From Caldisericia bacterium (lineage in GTDB: Bacteria > Caldisericota > Caldisericia > JAAYUI01), in assembly GCA_963674785.1 (NCBI GenBank), contig OY771555.1:74511-138510 (forward strand): 64,000 nucleotides of DNA, in the 5' to 3' direction. Positions 38,401 to 48,279 of the stretch are shown here, in pieces. The position numbers were made by a program, and so were the translations under genes. Under the pieces are notes generated by a model that was not told where the DNA came from, made no database searches, and saw only the letters and a list, made by a program, of their open reading frames with translations. Every line of letters starts with the position of its first letter. Positions within the stretch are counted from its first letter, which is position 1.

Positions 38401-39545
38401 AAATAAAGATTGAAGTTCTAGGATGTGGAGAGTCAAAAGAGCTATCATGGTCAATAACAAACAAATTAATGGAGTGTTCATTTGAACTCGAGTGGGCTGA
38501 AAAGAAATCAACAACAAGAACAACCGTTGAAACAGACTCAAGATGGAACGAGACTTTTTATGTTTGGAACTTCAGTGATTATGAGGGAGTGTTTACTCTC
38601 GATGTCGAAGTAGAAGGAGAACCGATTGTTGCATATTTAGATAACTATGATCTAAAGATTAAAAGTGGCACATACGAAGAGGTCACGATCACATTCCAGA
38701 TTCACGCGAAAGCAAAAGTTGGTGATTCCTCTGTAAATATCGTTGCAACATGCGGTAAAACAACTCAAACCTTAGATCGAAGATTTTTAATTAAGAAAAA
38801 GAGTGACTGCCAATTTGAATGTTACTTCCTTGAATCTGAAACAAGTAACCTTGGTAAAGACATGGAAGTTGGCAAAGAAGTTCAGATACCTATTTATGTC
38901 AAAAATAATAGCGTTGATCCACAGCTTTTCTCGGTAAAGGTTGTAAGAAGTGAAACGGATTGGGCATCTGGTCTTGTTGAAGGAAAAGTCAGACAGACAT
39001 TCAATCTCGGATCGGGTGGTGACACAAGCAATCTTGTTGTATGGATAAGAGGTGAAGACGACACAAAACCCGGAGATACATGTAAGCTTTCGATTGTAAT
39101 AACTGCGTGCAACACCAAAAAAACAATCGTGTGTAACATCACATGTGTTGAAAAAACAGAACTTGATGTTGAACTTGAGCAAGAAATCACGTTCAGAAAC
39201 TGGAAAAAGAACGGTATGCTTGAGGTTGGGAATCGAATTGAGTTTAACAGAAAAGGAAGCGGTAACATCCTAACACAAAATTACAAGATCAAATTCTTTG
39301 ATGCCCAGCAAGATAATGCATACATCGGTGAACTTGATGAAGTCAGACTCGTAATGTCAATCTACAAAGGTAGACCACAATGGGATTTCAAATACTATGT
39401 CTCGACTGAAATAATAGAAAAACTGAAATCATTTGACAGCAAAAAGATTAAAGCAAAGATGACTATCTCAATGCTTTATACTCACGATGATGGGACTACA
39501 GATGTAGTAAAAAAAGAACTTGAAACCATATTTGAGCTTCCATAA
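35466..39545 (+). CDS. Large secreted cell-surface protein (about 1360 aa) with a copper-amine-oxidase-N-like domain near the N-terminus. The start is at 'MKKLVAAV'; the track ORF starts at 35451.
   Basis: Signal peptide. Residues about 120-270 read 'SIRPIIEAVGGSLGWDGATKSVIV...NGRTMLPFRFIAENLEGTVEWIGSEKRIDI', which is Cu_amine_oxidN1-like. The remainder is repetitive beta-rich sequence. Confidence 0.7.
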   Translation: MKKLVAAVICILLVAGLVFISPVVFAEEINVIDINATISDGSVTLNWEKQTASTIYVYRDYYKNAKPVATLNPTDTSFTESPTPGSHTYSVMIIGRDGRVACRSSVLPTYIPPECEYPDNTMIKLWIGKKTMGVNCDTQEIDSEPIIIQSNTFVSIRPIIEAVGGSLGWDGATKSVIVNLPPHSVSLSIGKNTATVDGKEVQINSNPEIVPVIVNGRTMLPFRFIAENLEGTVEWIGSEKRIDILFPLQEKVSVRRAMSGMTSLGRNSLGQIVSLKDVEELETDNPIDEFLKGAKVLTGTDSIEAVPILEYKDIIGRPNSLTKLSDWLGMYNQNLKAYKISYKSNLSSLNDFDSVILLTSDGEIVDATFITAGFDFNIESSDTEKMNYQILLPRASVKNKKYTWNIESIPMTASSKVTSLNLDEPPGCDTCSRTVGNANLSFENKATENLSQANNMSLVLLSSLVDFSFDISGGEGLTLSLDEGCGFFPGTSCPSIDGEFAEFQLSMVDNRPPNNTSTVNNCSEAVKGTFNIAESNSKWNRASDGKSTNEDFLSINIEDSSRPRSISLDIKENDHMFGFFKVFALPKSISLSPNPMLDITVPILNSPSGKQVGRFRVSGTSQLKISFPNGKPSCWFGDEDKDGQTNLSINTIAIDKSTDFDCPCGETNAFDYVNYEIIQEEGVGSVIFDVRVNSDIAFVPKNAEVSIELIRNDEVVSTHDVSYSDPSLNITDDTAEAGEFYKYCLKLISNSVEIENYCIEEELQPNPWLFFMEWSDVPNGRVLEKSIERGSEESFDVIIHNVSENVFKAELSINNPNYKWDVSFVDKESPTWIELKPGQKETVTLTIYPDSSIPSGEKNNVEVVLKSGLQTMVLTGIFSVSAPSCSYEISWVSGGTGMGNDISPGTELIEIFTIKNTSSQQQQFILDYSTEQDNTNTFWNIGFKDQRKGGKIFLGSDEETQVAFAVSSPQGAKDGETLKIKIEVLGCGESKELSWSITNKLMECSFELEWAEKKSTTRTTVETDSRWNETFYVWNFSDYEGVFTLDVEVEGEPIVAYLDNYDLKIKSGTYEEVTITFQIHAKAKVGDSSVNIVATCGKTTQTLDRRFLIKKKSDCQFECYFLESETSNLGKDMEVGKEVQIPIYVKNNSVDPQLFSVKVVRSETDWASGLVEGKVRQTFNLGSGGDTSNLVVWIRGEDDTKPGDTCKLSIVITACNTKKTIVCNITCVEKTELDVELEQEITFRNWKKNGMLEVGNRIEFNRKGSGNILTQNYKIKFFDAQQDNAYIGELDEVRLVMSIYKGRPQWDFKYYVSTEIIEKLKSFDSKKIKAKMTISMLYTHDDGTTDVVKKELETIFELP

Positions 39546-39567
39546 AAAGTGTTTCCACAATAAACGC

Positions 39568-39605
39568 AAAAACCCCTTTAGTATAAGAAACTAAAGGGGT
39601 TTTTC
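39568..39605. terminator. Bidirectional rho-independent terminator
   Basis: 'aaaaacccctttag-tataagaaa-ctaaaggggttttt' between convergent genes. Confidence 0.7.
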
Positions 39606-39612
39606 AATATAT

Positions 39613-41226
39613 TCAGCCAGACATTTTGTCATGCATTGAGCAATATTTTGAAAACAGTTCCTCATAAACAAGTACATTTGAAGGTGTTGGCTTAAAGAAG
39701 TCATGCTCACTAGGCTTCATTTTCTTTAAAAAATCTTCTCTGTTCTCATAACCAAGACTTTGAAGGTCGAGTGACATTGCACCAATTATTGCTGTCCCAC
39801 GAGCAATTGCCTCTGGTGTATCCGGAACACTTATCGGTATATTCAAAACATCTGCATAAATCTGTAGAGCAGTTGGAGATTCAAATGGGATTGTCCCTAC
39901 AGCGCAAATCTTATCAAAGGGGAGTCCCCCACTCTTAAATGATTCCACAATTTTTCTTGATCCCAAAGCAGATGCTTCGATCAAAGATTTATATATCTCG
40001 GCCGGAGAAGATGCTAATCTCAATCCACTAATGCAACCTGTTAAAGAAGGATTGTACAAAACGCTCTTGTTTCCATCAAACCACTCTAACGATAAGACCC
40101 CATTTGATCCCGGTGGAATTTCTGATAGCCACCTGTCAAGAGTAACAGAAATATCAACTTCATCTTCATGAGATCTCTCATAAAGGCTGTAAGGTGCGAG
40201 AGTATCAATAAACCAGGAAATAATCTCCCCTGTACCAGGTTGCCCAGCTTCATATCCCCAGAATCCATCGATTATTCCGTCTTTTACAGCACAAGAGTAA
40301 CCTTCAAAAATTCTCTCTTCAACACTCATCAACATCTGAGCAGTAGAGTCTCCAAAGACTATTGTTAGGGTGTCCGGAGTGTATATTCCTGCCCCAGCAA
40401 CACCAACATGATTTGAGGCAACACCAGCCCCAACAGGAGTTCCAGGCATCAAACCAAGTTTTTGAGCAGCCTCTGGTAACAGATTTCCTACAAATCTCCC
40501 GGGTTTCATGATTGGGATATCTTTTATCTTTGCAGCCTGTCTTGCTAAATCAAATGAAACAGCTTCAAAATATGACCCACTTGGATAACCAAAACCTTCA
40601 ACATAACATGCTTTATATCCAGCAGAACACTGATTCCTAATCTGTTTACCAGTTAGCTGCCAAACAATCCAATCAGAACCTTCTATGTACCACTCGGTTG
40701 CTTTTGCAACTTCCGGAGCATCATCGATAGTTTCTAAAAGCTTTGGCCAAAGCCATTCACTACTTATCCTATTCCCAGTGTGATCAAGAAATGGTTCGCC
40801 TCTGTCTCTGGCAATCTTTGTCATCTTCTTTGCTTGTTTGAATGAGGACTTGTGATTCCAGAGTTTTGGCCAAGAATGAGGATTACTTTTGAACTCATCC
40901 TTCAAGCATAGAGGAACACCAAAGGAATCAGTGGGCAATACGACACAACTACCCATAGACACACCAACAGATAATATCTCAGATGAAGGAATACCAGTTT
41001 CATCAAGAAGAGTCTCAACAGCTCTTGCCATGGAAACAAGCCAAGATTTAGGATCACCAAGCATAAAACCATTTGGGATTCTTTCACCTGTTGGAAGCTT
41101 GTTTCTGATAACTCCGATTTCATAATCATCAACAGCACGACCGATCATATTTCCGGAGTTTATGTCAATAGCAACAGCTTTGACAGATTCGGCATTAAAA
41201 GATAGTCCCAGTAATATTCTTGCCAT
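39613..41226 (-). CDS. FGGY-family carbohydrate kinase (ribulokinase-like). The start is at 'MARILLGLSF'.
   Basis: 'ILLGLSFNAESVKAVAIDINSGNMIGRAV' is an FGGY N-terminal actin-like phosphate-1 motif. The roughly 540 aa length is typical of AraB-type kinases. Confidence 0.6.
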   Translation of the reverse strand: MARILLGLSFNAESVKAVAIDINSGNMIGRAVDDYEIGVIRNKLPTGERIPNGFMLGDPKSWLVSMARAVETLLDETGIPSSEILSVGVSMGSCVVLPTDSFGVPLCLKDEFKSNPHSWPKLWNHKSSFKQAKKMTKIARDRGEPFLDHTGNRISSEWLWPKLLETIDDAPEVAKATEWYIEGSDWIVWQLTGKQIRNQCSAGYKACYVEGFGYPSGSYFEAVSFDLARQAAKIKDIPIMKPGRFVGNLLPEAAQKLGLMPGTPVGAGVASNHVGVAGAGIYTPDTLTIVFGDSTAQMLMSVEERIFEGYSCAVKDGIIDGFWGYEAGQPGTGEIISWFIDTLAPYSLYERSHEDEVDISVTLDRWLSEIPPGSNGVLSLEWFDGNKSVLYNPSLTGCISGLRLASSPAEIYKSLIEASALGSRKIVESFKSGGLPFDKICAVGTIPFESPTALQIYADVLNIPISVPDTPEAIARGTAIIGAMSLDLQSLGYENREDFLKKMKPSEHDFFKPTPSNVLVYEELFSKYCSMHDKMSG

Positions 41227-41269
41227 GTTTATATTGTAATGATAAATCAATGGTTTGCAAATTTTGTTG

Positions 41270-41300
41270 GCAATAAAAACCCCCGATTAGTAATCGGGGG
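41270..41300 (-). terminator. Rho-independent terminator downstream of the giant surface-protein gene
   Basis: On the minus strand, 'CCCCCGATTA-cta-ATCGGGGG' is followed by TTTTTATT. Confidence 0.65.
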
Positions 41301-41331
41301 TTGCCGGAAAGAGATATACAAAAGAAAAGTT

Positions 41332-44300
41332 TTAGTAGTATCTGGTCATTGTTATGAGTCGTTCTTCACCATTCCAGGCGACCTCAGCTCCAAGTGATTC
41401 AGCGATGAATCTAAATGGAACCATCGTTCTTCCGTTTACTATTTCTGGAGGCTGGTCAATTGTCACAAACTCACCATTAAGTACTGCAGTTTGCTGGCCG
41501 ATAACCATCGACAGATTGATGTCTTCAAGTTGAACTGTGACCCTTCTTGCGGTTTGATCCCACCCTACCTCAGCTCCGAACGCTTGAGAGATAGCCCTCA
41601 CTGGCACAAGTGTTCTGTTTGCAGAAGATATGTATGGAGCAGTATCAAGCATAACAATCTCACCATCAACAAGCATGATCTGATTATCAATTTTCAGTTC
41701 GATAGTCTTTATCCTGTATCCCCACACTTCAATATCTGATTTTGATTCATTACCAATTTTATCAGTTGCAACATAATCAAATTTATTGCTTCCGATATTA
41801 ATTGGAATGACAACTTCATTGGTTCCCTCAAGCAGTTCTAAGGTCTCACCAGCAATCACGAATGTTACATCTTCACTTACTGTTACGGTGATTGTTGCTT
41901 CTGTTTTATCAACAGTATCACGCTTGAGTGGAGGAATAATTTTCACATATGGAGGAGTTGTGTCTCTTGTGATAACAACGGTCATTTCTGTTTTTGTACC
42001 AACAGGGTTGAATGATGCCACAACAAATTCATTCTTGCCTTCGACAAGGTCAACATTTACAAAGAAGCTCCCATCAGCACCTACACTTACAGGCTTTCCA
42101 TCAACTGAAAGTGACGCATCGGGTGTTGTTTTACCCTTTAATGTCATATCGGTTTCCCTTGTGAGTTCCTCATACTCCTCAAATTCAATAAATGGAGCCT
42201 GTGACGAGGAAACAACATCTATGACTTCGGGATTCACAGTTTTGTATTCACCAAGAAGTCTGATTACAATTTGTCCTGGTTTGCTTGGTAAAACATCAAA
42301 CTCAGCTTGTCCTTCAGAATTTGTCTCAGCCTCCATACTTACACCTGCACCTTTAACAGATACAGCAACACCAACAAGAGGTTTTCCGTATGAACCGGCA
42401 TACTCGACATTTACAGTCACTTTCTTTAGAAGTCCAGGATAGAACACACCGGAATGCTCAACACTTATTACAGCACCTTTGACGGTGTCAAATGTGAGGA
42501 CATCACCGGACTCAATGAGGTCGTCACTGAAACTGCTCTTTGCTTTATATTTCAGAGTTACATTTGATTCACCAATTGAATTTGGCTCAAAGTGAATTGT
42601 AGCCATTGTTGAAAGCTCATCATCTGGGTCACGTTTTGTTTCTTCAGTTACTTTCTTGTTTCCTGTAATCGACGATACCTCAACAACTGAACCCTCTTTT
42701 ATTGGGTCAGTTTCAAGTGGAGAACTCGGAGTGACAGTCACCTGAAGAACATTGTCAGCCTTATTGACAAGGTCATAATTAGAGGTACTAAGGAACTCAG
42801 AACCCCACTCCTGACCAGTCTTATCTTCGAAGATTTTAATTACTGGTTTCTGGATTGGGACATATGTTGTTGTTGGGGAATCCCAATCGAGAGCAAACTG
42901 TCCATCAGGTGAGTATCTGAGTTCTGGGTTGAATGAAACTGCCTGTGATCGAGGTGTTTCACCTGCTACATCACCATTGATGACGGATGCCTTATTTGCT
43001 CCAACAAATCCACCAAGTCCAAATTCTGAATCAGCAAAGATATAGAAGGTAACCGAACCATTTTTATCGATATTCAATGAATCCTTATAATCGACCATGC
43101 CGTCACCATTGAAGTCAGAGACATAATAGTTACCAGCGAGCTCTGAATTATAGATACATCCAGCTCCCCACTTCTCAAGATCCATTGATGTACCATCCAT
43201 CTCTGTTCCTGTTTTGTAGTAGGTACTCATTGCAGCAACATCTTTCATGTCAGCACTTACATTATCTGTAACCGAGACTGCAAGGTGGTTGAACACTTCG
43301 ACATCATCATCAGTTGCAGTTTTGACAAGGAATGGTGTAAATCTTGTGAAGTCAGTTGCAGAACCAATTTTGCCTGGAAGATTTGAAACGCCCTTAATAA
43401 GATTTCCTTCGGCATCTCTGATTGTTGCTTTGATCTTATATACCCTTGAATCAAATGCAGTCATAACGGCATCTGGATCTTCTGGATATTTCATTGTTTC
43501 GTGGTGTTCCTGGGCAAGGTTTATGATTTCATAACTGACTGTTGGTCTGCCGACCTTTATTGATGCAACACCCCATCCACTATAGTCAGGTGTTACGATC
43601 TTGAGATTTATTTCACCCTCATCGTTTGCAACGAATCCTTCGAATTTATAGATTCCCTTGCTTGCCTGTGAGAAGTCATATTTGATTGGTGAGAATCCGA
43701 AAAGTGATTCATTATCAGAAAGAGTGCTGTTCTCATTTGTGATAGATGTTGTTGTCCAATAATACTCGTTTGTTCTGTCCGGTCGTTTCTGTGTGATGTA
43801 ATTTGCAGCCTCTTCGTCAGTTAGTTTTCCATTCTTTGTAAGGTCAACTGGGCTTCCACTATCATCCGTGATTGTAAGGGTCAATGGTGTTTCAGGATCG
43901 ACAATTTCAGGGGAGACACCCGATGTAAGGATTGGAGGACTTACGTTAACTGTAATATTTGGGTCAGATGGAATTCCTCCACCTGCCATTGGTCTCATTG
44001 TTATTTCACCTGCAAGATAAACCTCATGTGAATAATACTTGCTGTTACCTGGAACCTGCCATAGTGGTGTGAAGCTTCGGTCATTATTATCATCACCATA
44101 CTTGTATGCACAAAGATGGATTGGAAGTTCCTCTTTTTCAGAGATCAGGTGGTCTCCATTGAAGTCCCAACCATAGTCTTCAATTCGACATCCATTATCC
44201 AGACTCATATCAAAGATATATCTACCGTTATTCCTCTGATAAGTTCTCGCATCAATTATTCCACCAACCCACGTGTTTGTAGCAATATTATATGATCCGA

Positions 44301-47300
44301 TAAGCTCTGTTTCATAAGCATCAAATGATATTCTTCCATCACCATTGAGGTCATCATATTTTGAGTAAGCACCACTTACCCCAGAACCAACCGAAGATGT
44401 TGGGCCACCTGTAATCCAACCATCACCGGCACCCTCAAGAAGAGTTGAGCCATCTTGATATCTGACTCCTCTATCCTGCCAAGCAAAAACAAGAGCATCG
44501 TTACATTCTCTATTCTGCTGAATATCTTCCCATTCTGTAATTTTTACATCAACAATATTATCTGAACCGAGTCCTATTGTTGGAGATGCACCTTCAATAT
44601 GAAGTCCATGAACAGGAATTCCAACGATTCGGTATTCCTGACAGCAGTCTTCCCAATATTTCTTTGTTCCATTTGCAAGCTCAACCATAATTGAGAGGAC
44701 ACCCTTATCTACAGGGATAATTTCATCGAACACAAAAACTGAGGAACTTAACATGGAGTAATCAAGATCTCCATGCTGAACAAGTCTCTGATTTGCAGTA
44801 CTATATGTATATCTATCCTGGAATCCTGGATTGATTATTCTCGTATAATCGGCAGAACCGAGTTCATAGTCACTCCAGTTTGTAGTGTCAACTGTAATTC
44901 TTCCAGAATAATCATATCTTATCGGAGCACCTCTAAGACCATTGTATTCATTATCTTCATAATCCATTGGAAGCTCAGGGATTTTAAATGGGCCGCTGAT
45001 CTCTATTCTTCTGATCTTGTGGTCGCTATCTGTTGCCGTAAATGAAAGAGGTTGCCCAAGTCCATCCATAAGCATAAAGAAGATTCCGTAATCTGTAAGT
45101 GGCGTAAACTCTGTTCCCATCTTATAATACATGTCACCCCAGATTGCAGGATAAGCACTTCTTCCATCGCCCATAGTGCTTCCCTGAATTCGAAGTGGAT
45201 GGGTCTGACCACCAGGATAACTCCTAAACTCTCTGACAAGGTTCGATAAAATTGGGTCATATGGTGTTTGAATCTGAGGAGTTGGCACATCAAATCTTGA
45301 AAGTGCACCAGTTCCAGCAGTGTAATTGACATTTGAATACTGAAGAGCATGGTCTACAACTCTGAATTCAACAAAGTTCACATCAGGGTCTGTGATGTTC
45401 CCACCGCCACCAGATGATCCACCACCGCTTGAACCACCACCAGATGATCCACCGCCTGTACTTGTTGAGTCTTTGCCGATTATGAATATTCCGCAGTAAT
45501 CTGTTCCTTCGGCATTGGATGGAACAAAATATGGAGGATGAGTGATTGTGCTGTTATAATCCCAGAGAGCATTTTCAGTATGCACTCTAACATTCAAGTT
45601 AGACGATGTGTTTCTTGGGTAAACCGCGATTGGAAGCATTCCGCCGCTTTCAGCCCAAGGTGATGTTTTGTATGTTGATACAAAGGTCGGTACCCCATAT
45701 GTTTCGATCAATGGATATGTAGCACCATCAAATGGCCCCCAACTGTCACCCTTTGTGACGACACCTAACTCATATCTGAAACCTGATCCGCAAATATCAC
45801 ATTCAGCAAACCTACCAGAACAATCAAGATCCTCAAATGAGTCTGTTGCACGTTCTCCTTCAAGCGGTCCAGTTACAGTATCTTCAGGGTCAACAGCACC
45901 AATTGCTCCCAGCCCAGTTGTTGGGCTTTGGTTATCAGCCCATTCCCACACAAGGAAGGTTCTATCGTCATTAACCTGAACAATATATCTGTTTGGACCA
46001 CTTCCTGCAGTAAACATCCAGTCAACTCCAGCACCATTAGCATTATATGTCGCAATGATATTGCCGGCATTTGGTGTTGTTGAAATAGGAACTCCGTTCA
46101 AGTCGTTAACATCATATGGATTATCCCAATCCTTCAATGTGAGAGACATGTTTGGGTATCTGATACTGATATTCTGCAAACAAGAAATATTGCATTCAAA
46201 ATCGATTGGTTCTGGTTTTACTTCAAACTCTTTTACGTAATAACAGTCATAGTTATTTGGAATGGTTGTATTACCAAGAATGCTTGGTGATGGAATCTCC
46301 CAGTAACCATAGGCTCCATCGGTAGGGCCACCCCATCCAAGATCGGCAGGGTTTCCAGTTCCCTTTTCATAATATACTTCAATAATATATGGATGGATGA
46401 TTCCAAACTCATCACATGAACCCTCGTATGGGGTTATTTGAACCTGAAGCTCTGATTTCTTATTTGACAGAGTTCCTGCGACATTTCTATGTCCTGATGC
46501 ATCAGTTAAAACAACAAATGCAAGTTTATTTTCCTCTGGGGCGGGATTCATTGTGATTTTTACGGAAGATGTCTGCTCAACCTGGAATTCTTTATCAACA
46601 GTAATACTTATTGGTGCTTCACCCGGGAGAACCTCAAGATCAAGAGCTCTTGGGTTCCCATTTTTTCCCATTGTAAAACCAGTTACAACGAAATTTTCAA
46701 TGTATGTTTCGGGTCCGGCAACAACACTACCACAAAAATATGTCTTTCCTGATCTTGAGACATTTGAAAGCCTTGTGTCACCAACGCTTACAGTATTTGA
46801 AAGGTCTGCATCATAATACATCCACTCAGTCTCATCAAATTGAACATCATAGTCGACATCAAAATATCCTGTGTTGCTAAATGGTGAAAGAATAAAGCCA
46901 ACATCAGCATCACCAGTTGTTACAATAGAGCCTGCTGGGAATGTAACGATTACACCGCCAACCTGAACTGTGATTGTCGTCATCCTAACATCACCATTGT
47001 TGACAATATGATTGCCAAATGGATCTTGACCTGTATTTACATTTGTGTAGATACCTTCACCACAACCATAACCAACTCCACCCTCATCATGATAATAGAA
47101 ATCTGATGGGAAAGGAGTGAGCGACAAACCAGTATCAGTATCAGTTGTTCCACTTGCCGATGCTCCGATAAATGCCTCACAAGCCTCCTCTGCTTTATAG
47201 TCATCGGTGAGGTTTTGGGCAAAACAACTTCCTGATGGGTTGTTGATATTATTTACACCATCATCTCTGAATATCTCAACACCGAGCCATCCTCTATACT

Positions 47301-48144
47301 CAGGATTGATGCTGTAGAACGTTGTTGCAGGAACCTGGAAATCTGAAGCTGTTGCACCAAGAACGGTTGACTTTTGGATTCTCTGAGCTCTGCTTTTGGT
47401 TGGTTCATTTGGGTTATAAACTGATGCAGCGGTCACAGCTGGCATAACACCTTCCCAGATATCTGTCTCAACCGAGATATTGAATTTTGAGCTTGAATCG
47501 CATGATGCCCTGATTACGTCTGCAAGGATAAGTGCATCACCATCACCATTCATATCAACATTTCCGATTTTCATGCAGCGACCTGAGAAATCATGTGGGA
47601 ATGTATACGGTCCATTTACATTACCAAGTCTTGTAAACCAGTACCCCTCATCATGAAAGAAGTTGACATAATCACCAACAACATATGGCCCCATTGTGTT
47701 GTTTGATGAAATTGTGTCCTGTTTGAAATTGTTTTCACGACACTCACCTGGTGGGTCTGGTGTATCTCTTTCATATGGATTGTGGAAGTAACCATCTGGG
47801 TCAAACCATATTCTTCCATTTGAATCCAAGATACAACACATTTTATCCTTTTCTGTTGATTGTCCGCCAGCAGGAACAACAGTCAGATAAACGATTGACC
47901 AATAGAGAGGGGTTCCAGGCATAGTGTTTCCCTGTCTTCCCCACCATGTTCCGCTTCTGACCCATGGAACCTGGCTTCCACCAGTAAGGGTCTGTCCTTG
48001 TCTATCTTGTCCAAGTGGAATCCACCTGGTGATAGCAACAAGTTTATTTTCCGTTGCAGCGGAAACTTCTTCAATTTGAACAAATGCTGCAAACGCTGAC
48101 AGTGCCAGCATTATAGATAAGCTAACTGCCAAAATTTTCTTCAT
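41332..48144 (-). CDS. Giant secreted surface protein (about 2270 aa) with two C-terminal copper-amine-oxidase-N-like domains. The start is at 'MKKILAVSLSIM'.
   Basis: Signal peptide. Internal Gly/Ser linker 'GGGSSGGGSSGGGSSGGGG'. The C-terminus has 'LDTAPYISSANRTLVPVRAISQAFGAEVGWD...NGRTMVPFRFIAESLGAEVAWNGEERLI'. GC content looks higher than in neighbouring genes. Confidence 0.75.
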   Translation of the reverse strand: MKKILAVSLSIMLALSAFAAFVQIEEVSAATENKLVAITRWIPLGQDRQGQTLTGGSQVPWVRSGTWWGRQGNTMPGTPLYWSIVYLTVVPAGGQSTEKDKMCCILDSNGRIWFDPDGYFHNPYERDTPDPPGECRENNFKQDTISSNNTMGPYVVGDYVNFFHDEGYWFTRLGNVNGPYTFPHDFSGRCMKIGNVDMNGDGDALILADVIRASCDSSSKFNISVETDIWEGVMPAVTAASVYNPNEPTKSRAQRIQKSTVLGATASDFQVPATTFYSINPEYRGWLGVEIFRDDGVNNINNPSGSCFAQNLTDDYKAEEACEAFIGASASGTTDTDTGLSLTPFPSDFYYHDEGGVGYGCGEGIYTNVNTGQDPFGNHIVNNGDVRMTTITVQVGGVIVTFPAGSIVTTGDADVGFILSPFSNTGYFDVDYDVQFDETEWMYYDADLSNTVSVGDTRLSNVSRSGKTYFCGSVVAGPETYIENFVVTGFTMGKNGNPRALDLEVLPGEAPISITVDKEFQVEQTSSVKITMNPAPEENKLAFVVLTDASGHRNVAGTLSNKKSELQVQITPYEGSCDEFGIIHPYIIEVYYEKGTGNPADLGWGGPTDGAYGYWEIPSPSILGNTTIPNNYDCYYVKEFEVKPEPIDFECNISCLQNISIRYPNMSLTLKDWDNPYDVNDLNGVPISTTPNAGNIIATYNANGAGVDWMFTAGSGPNRYIVQVNDDRTFLVWEWADNQSPTTGLGAIGAVDPEDTVTGPLEGERATDSFEDLDCSGRFAECDICGSGFRYELGVVTKGDSWGPFDGATYPLIETYGVPTFVSTYKTSPWAESGGMLPIAVYPRNTSSNLNVRVHTENALWDYNSTITHPPYFVPSNAEGTDYCGIFIIGKDSTSTGGGSSGGGSSGGGSSGGGGNITDPDVNFVEFRVVDHALQYSNVNYTAGTGALSRFDVPTPQIQTPYDPILSNLVREFRSYPGGQTHPLRIQGSTMGDGRSAYPAIWGDMYYKMGTEFTPLTDYGIFFMLMDGLGQPLSFTATDSDHKIRRIEISGPFKIPELPMDYEDNEYNGLRGAPIRYDYSGRITVDTTNWSDYELGSADYTRIINPGFQDRYTYSTANQRLVQHGDLDYSMLSSSVFVFDEIIPVDKGVLSIMVELANGTKKYWEDCCQEYRIVGIPVHGLHIEGASPTIGLGSDNIVDVKITEWEDIQQNRECNDALVFAWQDRGVRYQDGSTLLEGAGDGWITGGPTSSVGSGVSGAYSKYDDLNGDGRISFDAYETELIGSYNIATNTWVGGIIDARTYQRNNGRYIFDMSLDNGCRIEDYGWDFNGDHLISEKEELPIHLCAYKYGDDNNDRSFTPLWQVPGNSKYYSHEVYLAGEITMRPMAGGGIPSDPNITVNVSPPILTSGVSPEIVDPETPLTLTITDDSGSPVDLTKNGKLTDEEAANYITQKRPDRTNEYYWTTTSITNENSTLSDNESLFGFSPIKYDFSQASKGIYKFEGFVANDEGEINLKIVTPDYSGWGVASIKVGRPTVSYEIINLAQEHHETMKYPEDPDAVMTAFDSRVYKIKATIRDAEGNLIKGVSNLPGKIGSATDFTRFTPFLVKTATDDDVEVFNHLAVSVTDNVSADMKDVAAMSTYYKTGTEMDGTSMDLEKWGAGCIYNSELAGNYYVSDFNGDGMVDYKDSLNIDKNGSVTFYIFADSEFGLGGFVGANKASVINGDVAGETPRSQAVSFNPELRYSPDGQFALDWDSPTTTYVPIQKPVIKIFEDKTGQEWGSEFLSTSNYDLVNKADNVLQVTVTPSSPLETDPIKEGSVVEVSSITGNKKVTEETKRDPDDELSTMATIHFEPNSIGESNVTLKYKAKSSFSDDLIESGDVLTFDTVKGAVISVEHSGVFYPGLLKKVTVNVEYAGSYGKPLVGVAVSVKGAGVSMEAETNSEGQAEFDVLPSKPGQIVIRLLGEYKTVNPEVIDVVSSSQAPFIEFEEYEELTRETDMTLKGKTTPDASLSVDGKPVSVGADGSFFVNVDLVEGKNEFVVASFNPVGTKTEMTVVITRDTTPPYVKIIPPLKRDTVDKTEATITVTVSEDVTFVIAGETLELLEGTNEVVIPINIGSNKFDYVATDKIGNESKSDIEVWGYRIKTIELKIDNQIMLVDGEIVMLDTAPYISSANRTLVPVRAISQAFGAEVGWDQTARRVTVQLEDINLSMVIGQQTAVLNGEFVTIDQPPEIVNGRTMVPFRFIAESLGAEVAWNGEERLITMTRYY
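45401..45457. repeat. Coding microsatellite: an imperfect 15-nt tandem repeat encoding the (GGGSS)n linker
   Basis: 'ccaccgccaccagatgatcc accaccgcttgaaccaccaccagatgatccaccgcc'. Confidence 0.7.
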
Positions 48145-48211
48145 CGTATTTCTCCTTATCCATATTTCAGGATTGTTTTGAAACAAATACGATGTTTTTA
48201 CGCTTAAAGTT

Positions 48212-48250
48212 CAACAAATAAAAAGCGACCCAAAAATTATTTTGGGTCGC
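48212..48250 (-). terminator. Rho-independent terminator downstream of htrA
   Basis: On the minus strand, 'GCGACCCAAAA-taat-TTTTGGGTCGC' is followed by TTTTTATTTGTT. Confidence 0.7.
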
Positions 48251-48279
48251 TTCAAATATTTAAAAAATATTGATAAAAT

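Noticed and set aside
45401-45457. Short tandem repeat considered as a possible CRISPR or minisatellite
   Set aside because: The units are 15 nt and imperfect, with no spacers, and lie inside an ORF encoding a (GGGSS)n linker. It is a coding microsatellite, not a CRISPR array. I found no CRISPR-like repeat-spacer structure anywhere in the window.
41786-47222. Multiple 60-220 aa ORFs on the plus strand inside the giant surface-protein gene (for example 41786-42442)
   Set aside because: They are antisense to a continuous 6.8 kb ORF with strong coding features. Their translations are Ser/Thr/Val-rich low-complexity sequence.
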